A program made the translations under genes and the position numbers. Positions 39,670 to 52,911 of a stretch of 64,000 nt of DNA are shown piece after piece. The notes beneath the pieces are model-generated. The model ran no database searches. It was not told where the DNA came from and saw only the letters and a list, made by a program, of their open reading frames with translations. Source of the stretch: Octopus bimaculoides (Eukaryota); NCBI RefSeq assembly GCF_001194135.2, contig NC_068984.1, positions 63,931,033-63,995,032 on the forward strand, read 5' to 3'. Within the stretch, counting starts at the first letter, position 1; each line of letters starts with the position of its first letter.

Positions 39670-40071
39670 TTCTACTATCGTCTTCAGCTCAATTGGTCGG
39701 CCAGAAAGAGGTGCGTCTTTGAGGTCAAAATTTCCATTTTTTTAATATGGCATAATAATCACGAGCGGTTCTTTCAGATATAGCACCCTCTCTATACACA
39801 ACACAAATGTCGCGAGCAGCTTTTGCGTCATTAGAACCTTGATTAAAAGCAAAAAGAAGGGTGTGTTGAAAATGCTCGTTTTTCGTAACTTGACATTCCA
39901 TTTTAATGATCTGAAAATAAACAAAAATTACCTAAAATTAACTAGTAAAAAAAAAAATAGATTTCAAAATGATTCAAAAATAGAATTTTGGAAAAAAATA
40001 GATTCTAAAATTTAAAAACGCAATAAATTCCAAAATTAAAAAAAATGACAGGAACTTGCTTCCCAACCCAA
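39670..40071 (-). mobile_element. Mariner left end: TIR plus N-terminal HTH coding region
   Basis: TA|ttgggttgggaagcaagttcc TIR-like end; from ATG at 39901: MECQVTKNEHFQHTLLFAFNQG...AARDICVVY..., then frameshifted GNFDLKDAPLSGRP. Confidence 0.8.
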
Positions 40072-40170
40072 TACATATATATCTATATATATCTATCTNN
40101 NNNNNNNNNNNNNNNNNNNNNNNNNNNNNNNNNNNNNNNNNNNNNNNNNNNNNNNNNNNNNNNNNNNNNN

Positions 40171-40219
<49 letters not shown>

Positions 40220-40630
40220 TGCTTCAGAAAATAGCACTGATCGAGTTTATATATACATGTATTTGCGCGCGTACGTGCGTTTGAATGAGCGCATATATGT
40301 ACCAATCATTTATATTCTTTAAAAGAGCTAATACGGGTATACGGGCGTATCAAATATGTTCCATCCGCCATAGATAGCATGCTACGTTACATGAACTTGC
40401 ACACTGCATACCTTTAATTTTGGCAAACTAAAAGTTGTCTCGAATAATCTAATATGAAAGATTAAGCGGAAACTGCGAATAACTGTGTATATTAAGCGCT
40501 TTTTTCCCCGCATGATATATCTGTGTCTATACAAAATTGGTAGACAGAATATATTGTGCGGGGAAAATATCCATATTTAACTGTTGTCTTCTGTACTTTT
40601 AGATAGAAGTAGTGGGATTTGTACCTGGTC

Positions 40631-40728
40631 TTACCCTACCTTGCCTTTCCTTGCCCTACCTTGCCCTTCCTTGCCCTACCTTGCCCTTCCTTGTCCTACC
40701 TTGCCCTTCCTTGTCCTACCTTTCCCCT
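40631..40728 (+). repeat. Pyrimidine-rich 10-bp repeat with 20-bp higher order (ttgccctacc/ttgcccttcc)
   Basis: Directly visible. Confidence 0.9.
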
Positions 40729-42585
40729 GACCCTGCTCTCAGCTTTGAAAAATGTTACCACCAGCCTTACTACTGGCCATGCAACCGCCGTTGCTTGAAC
40801 TTATCCTCTTTGCCCGGATTTATTAGCACTTAAATGTAATGTATTCATACTTATTGACTATATTTTCGATACACCGTTTTCAAAATCTGATGACAATCTC
40901 CAGTATGGTTAGGAAAGTCGATTCTATCAGAATAAAACTAATAAAGAAATTAATTTAATTTGAGCTTCTTGAAAATATGATACAAAATATACAGAATCTA
41001 AGAATGTTTTACCATCAGCTGTATTACAAAGTAATTGTTGTCAAACACGAAGCTGAGTGTATTTATTTTTTCCAGTTAAATTATTTTTCTAATTTCTATG
41101 CAGTACTTGAATGTATACAATACACTTACGCTTTTCTGAGAGCTGAAAGGGAAAAATTTCAGAAACATTTACATATCCTAAGAATTTCTCAATAGAAATA
41201 TTTGGTCCTTTCCAAAGTTCATGTACCGATATGTAGAACTCTACAATTTACTTTGCAGCACAAGCACATACATTCACTTGTTATTATATTACGCACTTTA
41301 ATCTATTCATGCTAGAAGCAATAAACTATTTTGTATAAGCTAATAGGCAGTATTTTAATAATCGAAGGTACTGAATATAAGACTGGTTTTGATTAGAGTT
41401 AAATCATTTATATTCTTTAAATTTTCAATATATTGTTTAGACAAAATTAACGTTGTCTAAATTGACATCCTTTTCGAGCAAACTAACATTCTGACATCTA
41501 TATCTTGTATTTCATTCCAAGTCTAAATTGATTCTTATTTCGATGATTCTGTTATAATATTCATTTAGCGTTATACACTGTTAGTATGATTATTCTGACC
41601 ACAATAAACGACTGTTCACTTCAATACTGTGTAAGATTTTTATGAAATGAATTATAAAAGATATCTTGATGTTTACCAGAAAAAATATTATTGCGATATC
41701 AAAAAAAACAAAAAAACTATTTACTTGATAAGAAGAGAAAGTGAAAACTTTACGTACATTGCATAACTGACAGAGGAAATATCAAAATACCTCCTTGTAT
41801 GTATAATTTCATCACTTTCCGTCTCCTTATAACAAGTCTGAATGTCAATTTTGAGCTTAATTTTTTTTTATGAAATGATATATATGTCGTATCTTCATTC
41901 CTTGTATAACTATTAGCACTGAAGTTACGTTTCAAATATAGCTCTATTGATCGTGGCTTTTAGCCAAATGAATTTCTTTCATTTTTTTTCTCTGATATCT
42001 TTTTCAATCACCAGAGTATATTGATTTTAACAGGGTTTATTGTAATGCTAAAACAAAAATGGAATTTAATATCAAATTTGTCATCTAAAGCAAATCGGTT
42101 TTGTGTTATAACAATGTTATTTTATAGACATGGGATACCTATCCTCCTCTAAATTCAATTCAGGTTGTGGTACTCATCATTCTCTGATTAGTATCAGTTT
42201 CTTGGAGTCAAGTATTTCAGTTTCTTAAATAAACTGTTTCTCAAAGTCAAAATAATATGAATTCATTTTGTTTTTCGTTTCAATATTAATACTTTGAATG
42301 TATGTAATAAATCGCATTCTTTTCCAGTATGCTACTATTTATTTTTCAATATCGAAGAGATGAAATTTGAACGGGTGTATGCCAGTGTCCAATTTCAAAA
42401 TGTAACGAGCTGAAGCAAAATGTTTTCAAACATTTCTTCTGCTGCTGAAATATCTTTAATATTCCCCAACGTAGTAAAAGAAAGGATTTGACAGGTTTGA
42501 GTTTGACAGAAGCCATTCCAAATAATAGTTGCGAAGGAATGGTAAATATGAAAAGAGTATTGAACTTATTAAAAACTATTATAGA

Positions 42586-43793
42586 ATAATCGAATCAGAT
42601 GAAACGTATATACAAAAAATGTATTAAAATTAAATATATTTCATTTTAAACTTATTTTCTAAACTCAGAAGAATTAAACAAAATACTGAAATATTGCCCT
42701 TTGACAACGTAAGCTGTGGCATCACTTTGGCATGTATATTAAAATATTGCTTTCATTTCTGTTGGTACAAATATCGACGCCTTGAGTAGGGAAATATATG
42801 GCGTCGCAATGGGCATCGAAACTAAAATTGATATTTGCAAAACTTTATTTTGTGAAATCGAACCTATTTATTCATACTATTATGTAAACTTTCTTACTAC
42901 GTCAGTTTTCATTTGTACATGTACACACATGAAATCAGATGGCTTTTAATACTGAGCTGTTGTAAATAACATAGAGAATGACATCTCTACAACATATTTG
43001 CATACGAGTACGCACTAGAAAATAAATAAACTAATAGGTGTTTTGCATGATAGCATTAGCTACTAATGCTATTCAAGTGCACCACAAATCAGGTTCTATC
43101 TTAGTTCCAAACACGTCATCGGATAAAACACCTGACGAACGACGGGAATAATTGAATCAGATGAAATGTATACTCAAATATATTAAAATTAAATATATTT
43201 CATTTTAAATTTAATTTCTAAACTCGGAAGTATGGAACAAAATACCGTAAGTCTGTCTTTTGACAATTTAAGCTGCGCCATCACTATGACCTATATATTA
43301 AAATATTATTGTTTTCATTTCTGTCGGCACAATGATCGACGCATTGGGTAGAGAAATATATGGCGTCGCAATGTGCAAATGCTCTGTAAGTTGTAAATGA
43401 CATAAGCCAAGAAACGATGATTTGTTACATTACCTGCAAATAAGCAATTGTCTTCTCACGTTAGATTTACCATCGAAACTAAAATTGAACTTCACAAGAA
43501 TTTGATATTTTGTGAAATTGAAACTTAATTCATATTATTTTTAAATGTTATTACCCCACTAGTCTTCATTTCCAGTGTACACACATGAAGTAAAATGTTT
43601 TTTTTAAAACTAACTTGTTGAAGATAATATAGATAATGACATCCCTATTACATATTTGCGTACGAGTACACATTATAAAATAAATAAGCTAAGAGGTGTT
43701 TTTACATGATAGCGTTAGCTACTAGAAGTAGTACCAGATCCTGTATTAGTTCCAAACACGACATCAGATAATACACCTGACGAACGACGGGAA
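42586..43793. repeat. Diverged tandem duplication (copy A ~42586-43148; copy B ~43149-43793)
   Basis: Colinear similarity throughout; both copies end acacctgacgaacgacgggaa; copy B has ~95 bp extra at ~43376-43471. Confidence 0.9.
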
Positions 43794-44394
43794 GAAATAA
43801 TTAGAATTATTTCCACAATATTTCTGTTACACCAGATTTGACCTGGAGGAAAGCAACGACACTTAAACAACAGACTCGTAATCTTTAACTTAATGTTATC
43901 TAAAATTTATATTCTTTCTAGTAAAAATATTATTTTTCAGATCAATTTGTTCTTAGATATAATATATTATGCACTAACTGTAGCTTTCATGACTATTAAT
44001 AGTTGGTAATTCTCTCGGAATTAGAAGCTAAGTATTAGTATATACAGCTTATATGTAGTATATGGCGAAACACAAATAAATAGATGACTATATTTTCACA
44101 AGATTGATATTTACAAAATTGTATTTATATGAGTTCATATATACAAATTTTAAATTTGAAATATGTTTTCATTTTACAATATTCATCAACAATAGATTTG
44201 CAAAAGATAGAATATGCGCATTGAGTGAATTAGATATTCTGGGAAACCTTTCCAATAATGCTTAAAAATGTGTATGTATGTATATCAATATTCAGTTTAT
44301 TTCAAGATTTGTTGCCAACAGAGAAAGAACCGGTTTCTAACCTAAATTCAAGGTTCCTTCATTGGCATTTCAGTATCAACAAGAGTGTATTTTT

Positions 44395-44450
44395 GTATGT
44401 ATGTACGTATGTATGTATGTATGTATGTATGTATGTATGTATGTATGTAT
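44395..44450 (+). repeat. (TATG)n microsatellite
   Basis: Directly visible; a similar tract lies at ~44685-44775. Confidence 0.9.
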
Positions 44451-46289
44451 GTGCAGATTGGTATGTTTTATGTATGTATTTTCATGCATATAGTTACATA
44501 TCTAGACATGCTCATACATATCTAAATGATAACCTTCTGGAAAGTCTTACAGATGTTTACAGTTCCATTGATGGATAGCATCTGTAGTCTTCGAATTAGC
44601 TTTCTCCTTTCTGATTTTGAGAAGGCTAATTTCTCAAGATTGGTATTTAGGCAGTGTATTACATATCTCAGGGCCCCAATAATATGTATGCACGTATGTA
44701 TGTATGTATGTATGCATGTATGTATGTACGTATGTATGTATGTTTGTATGTATGTACGTATGTATCTATGTATGTGTGTATGGCTGGATGGATGGCTGGT
44801 TATGCTTCCCCAGATGATGTCCATGCATCTCAAAATGCGACTTCGTCAATTTTTGTGACGAAATAATCTCTCCATATTTATATGGATTAACAGATTCCGT
44901 CACGTTGAGTGTGCTGTGATGTACCATGATTTTCACTGGGTAGACGAGGAAGTGTCTGCTGGGATATATGATAATGTGTAAACCAAATTTGTAATCTTTC
45001 ACTGAGCGGCAATCTCTTTTGTAGCATTTGGAACGTTTTTATTGAAATTGAACGTTTGCAAGTTTTGATTCAGTTGTTGAAGTTACTGAGCATGAATGAT
45101 CGTGAATTTCTCCTGACTATTCAGCACCTTCACATGAACTAGGTATTTTGTCTTCTGCTCCCATATTTGCTATATTGAGCCTACCACCGATATCAAAGTA
45201 TCACCATAAAAACGTTGAAAACTCACGTCCAGGCCAAGTTAATGACCTGTTCCGATAGCTCCAACAGTCAGAAGCCCAGTGGGCCCTGCTTGTATTGCAT
45301 CCCTAATCAATTTTTGTCAAGTAGAGACTGATTTGTCTGCATAGGTCAACTGCTGTTCTTTTTCGTCGCGCTCGAGTTTGCTTTTAGGTACGAATTTTTT
45401 CTATGTGCATCCGTGATCCGATGAATTCGTAAGCAGGCGCGTGATATTGCCTTCTTTATTTTTCGTCTTCAGTTTTTGATTTAATCTTTTTGCAGAAAGG
45501 TCGTCTCCGAGACACTGAGACTTGATGTATTGTGCATGTCCATTTATAGAATTATGGCAAAATAATATATTCTTTATGCAAGTGATGGCATTGAATATTC
45601 AACTACATATCCTCGTAAAAATTATTGGTCAGCGTACCTCTTCTATCACACCATTTACGGCTACTTACAAAGTTGTAACTGAGGGCATTTCATTGATGGA
45701 GCATTACGATATTTAAAATAAAACAATAAGAATGCCTAACACGTACACATTAATGTTAATTTAAGTATGGGTGTGTACATTCCAAAATTGTCAAATGTTT
45801 TGAATTCATTCGACATCTAGTGCGGTACTACTGGAAAACCGTTATCAAACCTTAATAAAATGGCAGACTAAAACGAAATCATGCAGAAAATACTTGCTTC
45901 CAAAGAAAATACTTGCGTCCTTTGCATGATAAATATAGAACTATATAAATATATTAGACTACTAAATAGTTATGTGTCAAAAGGAATAAGAAACGTGTGG
46001 CAAAAGCTATTATCTTTGGGGATTTATGTCATATTGATTTTATACAGGATATGCAGAACATTCAGCACAAATATAATTTACTCACTAGATTCTAATTAGA
46101 TTACTTTAGGTATTTAATTTGTCTTTCAAATGTTATCCCAGTTATTGAACTATGCTGTATTATGACAGTTTTTCAAAATAAATTAAATGAAAATTAATTA
46201 TTCATAATCTACCACATTAGAGAGACATGTTTGAAACAAATTCGAAATGTTTTCAAGCTGAGAACTTCTTCCAGTTCTGTATTTAAGAG

Positions 46290-46560
46290 ATGAGAAATTA
46301 TGTACATTATTTACATTTGAGGGATATTTGTCCTCATCTTATTTGTTGTTAACACAACGTTTCGGCTTATATACTCTCATTCCTAAGGTATTTTTCGATG
46401 TTATCATTATTCCTGTCACTGCTTGGAATAATGGCTCCCATATGTTATTCATATCTGTATTCGGTCTGCTTAGGAGGTTGTTGTGTCCTAGCATATGTGC
46501 TGCTTCTTTCAGTTTTCGTATTTTGGTGTTCTCTGTCTATTGATTTAACTTCATCCCACA
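46290..46560 (-). mobile_element. Penelope-like element 3' fragment (GIY-YIG C-terminal region plus hammerhead-like relic)
   Basis: VKSIDREH / KIRKLKEAAHMLGHNNLLSRPNTDMNNIWEPL resembles PLE endonuclease C-termini; followed by ...atgagagtatataagccgaaacgtt. Confidence 0.6.
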
Positions 46561-46599
46561 GGGGGAGGGGTAAATAATGTGAATGAGGACTTCTTATAT

Positions 46600-47250
46600 A
46601 AAATTTTGGTGAAAATCTTCGTGCTAAAAATGCTACTAAATATGTTGCTAAAATGTGTTTTCATGCAGAAAAGATTACTTAAACTTTCTGCTATCTCTAT
46701 TTTTTTTAGATTCTGCGCGAATAATTAATATTTAGACTATTAGTATGATTGGTTTCACATATGGATATTCAAAATTAGCCACTATGAATGTTTACTCTGC
46801 TACAATAAAGTCAATGAAGCATATTTTCCTTTTATTTCGACAAATTTGTTGGGACAACTTCATGGTAAAATAAGTTGAAAGACTAAAAGCATTCCAGAAT
46901 TCGCTGAAAACTTCTCAAAATAGTTACTTCACTTCATCTTTATTTGGAACTCAACTTCAAATAAGATTAAAAACTGTATCCACTATTCCTGTTGATATTT
47001 TCAAAGAGTATAGCCACACGTTTGTGAATCCGTTTGGAATATACGGCAAGATTAGTCTCGATACAGGTGAATCTTAGCCAACTCATAAGATGCAACAAAT
47101 CGCACACACTTATAGATGGAGACATTATCTCACTGATGATCTTTGACAACAGATCCTCAATTCAGCTCTGATCCAGCAAACATATGAGTAAATGAATGGA
47201 AGCCATGTCTATCATTATTTTTACATTTTCCACAAGGTGTTCATTTTCAT
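46600..47250 (-). pseudogene. Possible decayed rhodopsin-class GPCR fragment
   Basis: SISVCDLLHLMSWL resembles the TM2 LAxxDL motif; YPYVKPIILIV is TM5-like; many stops and frameshifts. AT-rich DNA biases translations toward hydrophobic residues. Confidence 0.3.
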
Positions 47251-48289
47251 TATTGAGTTGAGATAAATTTTAATAAGAAAATTAACATTTTACATACGCC
47301 CAAAAACTGATCACTTCTCCTAAGTATCTCCAGCATGCCATTTGGTCTATTCAAGTTATTTTCCCTGGCTCATGTTTTCCAAGAAGGAAAATTATTTTGG
47401 CCAAAGCTTTTCTGAGTAATTTTTGTTTCTAAAACTCTTGAGGTCATTCGTAAATATGATTTCCTTATTACCATTAATATTCGGAATATAAAAATGAATA
47501 GGATCTAAATTATTCTCATATTAAAAACTACTTTACATGACATTCTTCAGTGAAGGTTACGCCACCATTCCAAATTGCTACAATTATGGCACCTATGTAG
47601 CCACTAATTATGAATGGCAACTTATTTCTTATCATATTTAAGATAAGCACTAGAATTTCGATTTATGTGAAAGTTATCGAGTATACGACATCCATGCTTG
47701 ACAAAGATAAATAACTATTTCTCTTTCTGGTTAAATCCCCTAACTGAAGTGGGCATATAATTCCTCTCAGTGCCAATCATCATTATGAATCTAGTGATTT
47801 TCTAATGTTACCTAATTCTGAGTATTAATCAACTCCAATAATAGATCTGCAGCCATTCTTTAATTCTGTAAGCTATAGATATTCGACATTTTAATTGTGA
47901 GGGTAAATGTTGAGAAATTATACATCATATGTTGCAAATTGCTTTTGACATAACTCAATTTAGAAAGTCATTTTGCTTCCATATTTAGTGCTTATCAGTT
48001 TCAGTGATAAAATAAATTAGTAGCACACGCAGATATTACTGCACTGTTTTACTGTATTATATCACATAATTAATGATGTTTTATTTACGTTGCTTCTGAC
48101 ATAGATCGAAAATAATAAGACATGACGGTTTAGGTTTTCGCTTCGTAAGTACGGAGTTCTGACTTTTAACGCAGTGTGTGGTACATTGTGCAAACTTGTC
48201 TTCAAGTACCTGAACGATAAAAAACGCGTGAGAGTAATTTAGCAATTTACTAGAAAACTACCCAGGATCTCCTCATATTTATCTATCTA

Positions 48290-49294
48290 TCAGGCTGAGC
48301 AAAAAGTTAGCAACGTTTTAAAACATGAAATTCATCACAATATATTTCAACAATGCAGAAGTTTTATTCGTGAAAGTAAGTACCATTGCAATCAACTCAT
48401 TTTTGCCAACGAGTTACAAGTTTGTTTATTCGGTAATATAAAAATCTAGAGTTCTGGAGATGATGAACTCTTTGAACGCACTTTCAGTATCAGCTTGATT
48501 TGTGAACTCCATCTCTCACAGGAAACCATCAACGTGCTTGAAAAAGTGGTAGTCGGTAGGAGAAAGGTCTGGGAAATAAGCTGGGTGAAGAAGAACGTCG
48601 TAGCCATTTTCCCTCAACTTCTTGATCGTCATTAGTGGAACGTGTGGTCGAGCATTATCATGAAAAATTATTCGCCCTCGTCTATTGACCAGTCTGGGAC
48701 GGAGGGGTAGCAGTTTTTCGTTCATTTTGGCAATTCCATGGCAATATGTTTCTGCAGTAATGGTTTTACCCGGGTTTTAAAAAGTTATAGTGGATGAGTC
48801 TAGCAGTACACCACCAAACATAACCTTCTTTTTGAAGAGCTCGGGCTTAGGGAAGATCTTCGATGCTTCATTTTGGTCCAACCACTGCGAAGAACGTTTT
48901 TTTATTATTGAACAGAATCTACTTTTCATTGCAAGTTACAATACGGTCGAAAAATGGATCAGTTTTGTTATGGAGCAGAGGCGACGAGCAAATTTCATAT
49001 CTGCGCATTTTCAGATTTTCATTCCAATCGAGCCCTTTTGATTTTTCGATCGCATGTAAATGGTTGCAGTCAGTTTTCTAGCTAACTTCTTTTACTAGTT
49101 CTTTTACCAGTTCTATTTCAGATGATTGTAACAACGTTTAAAAAAAAATCAATGCTAATTTATTGATGAATTTGGGCAAATCTATGTCTGTATTATCAGA
49201 GAATTCCAAAAATTGTTTAAGAAATTTCAGAACTCTGCAAAAATCCGGTACAAATTCTTTATGGTTCAAAACGTTGCTTACTTTTTACTCAACC

Positions 49295-49297
<3 letters not shown>
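48290..49297 (-). mobile_element. Mariner element with both TIRs, TA TSD, internally deleted and decayed
   Basis: Left TA|tcaggctgagcaaaaagttagcaacgtttt versus right reverse complement tcaggttgagtaaaaagtaagcaacgtttt (30 bp, 3 mismatches); FHDNARPH and YFPDLSPTDYHFF at 48516-48725. Confidence 0.92.
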
Positions 49298-49370
<73 letters not shown>

Positions 49371-49409
49371 CACTCTCTCTCTCTCCCTTTCACTCTCTAA
49401 CTATATATT

Positions 49410-49592
49410 TATTCTTTTTATTGTTTTAGTTATTTTACAGCGGTCATGCTGGGGCACCGACCTCAGGACTTATTCTTCGTAAGCCTAGTATTTATTCTAT
49501 CGGTGCTTTTGCCGAGCCGCTACCTTATGAGGACGTAAAAACGAGAACATCGGTTGGCAAGCGATGTTGTGGGGACAAACAGAGACACAATG
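49410..49592 (-). mobile_element. SINE family A, 3' half
   Basis: catgctggggcaccg...aagcctagtatttattctatcggtgcttttgccgagccgct. Confidence 0.8.
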
Positions 49593-49638
49593 AGACACAC
49601 ACATAAATATATGCATATAGAAATATATATATACATAC

Positions 49639-49705
<67 letters not shown>

Positions 49706-50679
49706 TACACACACATATAATATATATATATATATACATATATTGACAAACTCAGGAAAACATTCCCTGAAATGAATGTGTGAAACATCCAATTCACTGA
49801 TACGTCAGTTGAATACCTTATAATTATGGGTATAATGCAAATTAAAAAGATAAAATTATATACAGAGATATAAGTGACAATCCAACAATTTATTTATAGT
49901 ATAACATAATCTACTATGAATATAATATAACATAATACAAGATAACATACACAATTATAAAAACATCTATAAACAATTATAAAAACATCTAAAGACAAAT
50001 ATACATTTTTTGATATGTAAACAATTCCCAGATATATAACCCTCATCAGAGGCAGAGTTTAAAGATAGACGATATTCAGCGTGAAAGAGCGGCTGGATTG
50101 TAAAAATTAATTCAAATGCCTATGTATTAAGAGTCTGACTGTTACCTATTCAGTTGTATATCAATTACAATTAAAAAGACAGCAACAATCTTAACGGACA
50201 AAATAAGTAAGTGTAATGTACAACTATCGAGATATATTTGTATATACCTCAATATTAATCCAAACTCGTTTATGTCTAAGAGAATCTTTCGCTGTTATAA
50301 CATACAACAATGATATAGATATAACTAAGTACCAGGGTCTTGCATTATCTAGAACTGTAATAAAAATGTGTAAAAAAATATAAATGATAATTATATCTTT
50401 AATATAAAGTTATTGATATAAAAACAATATTGTTTAAAGTAACTAGTAGGAATGTTCTATAATCATTGTTTATCAGAGGGATAATTCCGTAATAAATATA
50501 AATACAAACCCAATAACATTTTTCTTTATTTACTTAATTTATCGTCGGAAGAATTCAGTAATAAATATGAAGATGAACTTAGGGCTGCAAGCACTATAAA
50601 TTAAATACCCTATAGATATAGAGTTTTAAGTATATTAGTAGAGATACCCCGCATTGCTTGGGATTGAAATTGAACTGTT

Positions 50680-51017
50680 TTTTTTATTCTTTTGCTTATA
50701 TCAGTGATTTGACTACCACCATGCTGAAGCACCGGTTTTAGTCGAACAAATCGATCCCAGGACTTTTTCTTTGTAAGCCAAGTACTTGTTCTATCGGTCT
50801 AAATTTGCGGGGTCGTAAACACACCAACATCGGTTGTCAATCAATAGTAGGGGTAGAAACGCAGACACAAACCACTCTCACACAAACAAACACACACACA
50901 CACACACACACANNNNNNNNNNNNNNNNNNNNNNNNNNNNACATATATACATATATACGATGGACTTCTTTCGGTTTCCATCTACCAAATCCACTCACAA
51001 GGTTTGGTCGGCAAGTG

Positions 51018-51022
<5 letters not shown>
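50680..51022 (-). mobile_element. SINE family A (head truncated)
   Basis: Homology to the other family A copies across an internal gap. Confidence 0.8.
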
Positions 51023-51048
<26 letters not shown>

Positions 51049-51558
51049 GATACATACATACATACATGCATGCATACATACATACATACATACTTACACA
51101 CACACTCGCACATACATGCATATGGACGCCTAAAACAGGTATATACACACATATACAAGCCTATATCAATAAACACCCCCAAAAGATACATACTTACGCA
51201 GAACCTATGCATCTACATACACGTACAAGATATGAAGCCTTTCAGCGAGGTCTGTCGATACATGAATAATATCAAAAGACGGTGAGCTAGAAGCAAATCT
51301 ATACACACAAACCTAAATTTAATTACATAGCTTACATGCACTTACAAGATTTTAGGCGTATCAGTATTCGTAGATCGAAGTTAAAAACATTTACGCATAT
51401 ACATACATGTCAAATATGTGCGGCTTCATAGACCGCATTTAGATACGTCACCTCTGCCATTCCCCAAGAAGATATAAATATAAATGTAGACTTCCTTACT
51501 GACTCATATACATACCTGAATATATATATAAATATATACACACACCACTCTATACATG

Positions 51559-51625
<67 letters not shown>

Positions 51626-52037
51626 CTTACAAATATAGCCACACACATATGTCTTTGTGTGTATGCGTGTGTGTATACCTACAGCTACACTGAAGAATAC
51701 TAACTTGTTGATAGTTAGTAATTCATTAATACTGGAATTTGTGTATTAATTACGATCACCTCTAGCAATGTGTATAGGTTGTAACTTAATGTTCATGGAG
51801 CAGTACATGGGAAATCCTTATCGACAGATTATTTCAAATTGGAGGTCAGGTGGTCGTTCCGCGAGGATATTCTGCTGCGAACGTAACTCGAGAGTGTATA
51901 GTCCTCTGGGGTGGGGTTAGTAATTCCAGAGTGTTTTTTGGGGGGAGGAAATTTGGTGCCTTAGTTAGGACAGCTGTAATATTTCGGCTAGTGGTAATTA
52001 ACGACTAACAAACATAAACAAGAAAGGGTAGGAACAT

Positions 52038-52604
52038 CGCTAAACGCAACGTATGGTGTAAGACTGGATGAATTAAATTTAAGAAAACGGTAGATTATCA
52101 AGTTACTGGATCTTCGAGCGCAAAACATCGTTGGAAATATGTCGTAGCATGAGATACGAAGGTCTAATGTTTCCGTCAAACACACATTTCTTTCTTCAGT
52201 AAATACTTTAAAAAAAAGAAAGAAAAGGAAAAATGTTCATGAATTTTATCAGCATACTGGGAAACCTATCTCTTTTGATATTAAATTCATCAAGAGAACA
52301 TCTATAATACCAGCATGATTAGTTTATCGTTCACTAAGCAGTAAAATCAATGCGTATGGACATTTAACATTGTATCTGAGATACAATTGGGGTAGAAGTT
52401 ATCATCAAACCTGTAGTCTGACCTGAGTATTTGTAAACGAAGGTACTCCGCTAAACGCAACCTATAGGTGGGTTGATGGTGTAAGACCGGACGACTTAAA
52501 TTTATAACAAAGTTAGAACATCGCATAACCGGATCTTCAAGCGGAAAACACCTTAGCAAATACGTTGATGCAACGCGTCTGGAGGTTTAAAGTTTCCGGT
52601 AAAC
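52038..52604 (+). repeat. Diverged ~145-bp direct repeat pair (52038-52181; 52449-52604)
   Basis: Shared cgctaaacgcaac...atggtgtaagac...ttaaattta...ggatcttc...gtttcc. Confidence 0.75.
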
Positions 52605-52911
52605 CATCGGTTTGAATTTCCACTTGTATATATACGCCGAATACATCAACCCTTTGCCTGTCCAAAGCCTTTTCTTAAGTCTCTTTTAAGCTTCATGTTA
52701 TTTTATATATTTTCCTCTTTTTTTTGTGAAGGTTCAGTTAACCCTTGTTTCACTTGCTTCATGCGTTCTGAGTCATATAACACCTTTTCCACGTGTGTTA
52801 TTACTCTTTTGGTTAAAAACATTGAGAATGACTATCGCATATGATGCATGAACACAAGATAAATATGTCCTGTTTCTCACATGTGATATACAGAAACGGA
52901 AGGTGTGGCTA

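Noticed and set aside
39635-39723. Strong polypyrimidine acceptor plus PTSSCLFLVISLLLSS...* as a possible fourth exon
   Set aside because: Most of it is the antisense of the mariner LKDAPLSGRP region plus an A/G-rich tract.
43376-43471. Copy B extra segment with GT...AG ends on the minus strand (intron gain or loss)
   Set aside because: Removing it does not reproduce copy A exactly (8 nt differ); microhomology-mediated deletion fits better.
44860-45520. Possible Tc1-like relic on the minus strand
   Set aside because: Only faint GP.G and NP.E..W-like similarity; too degenerate to support.
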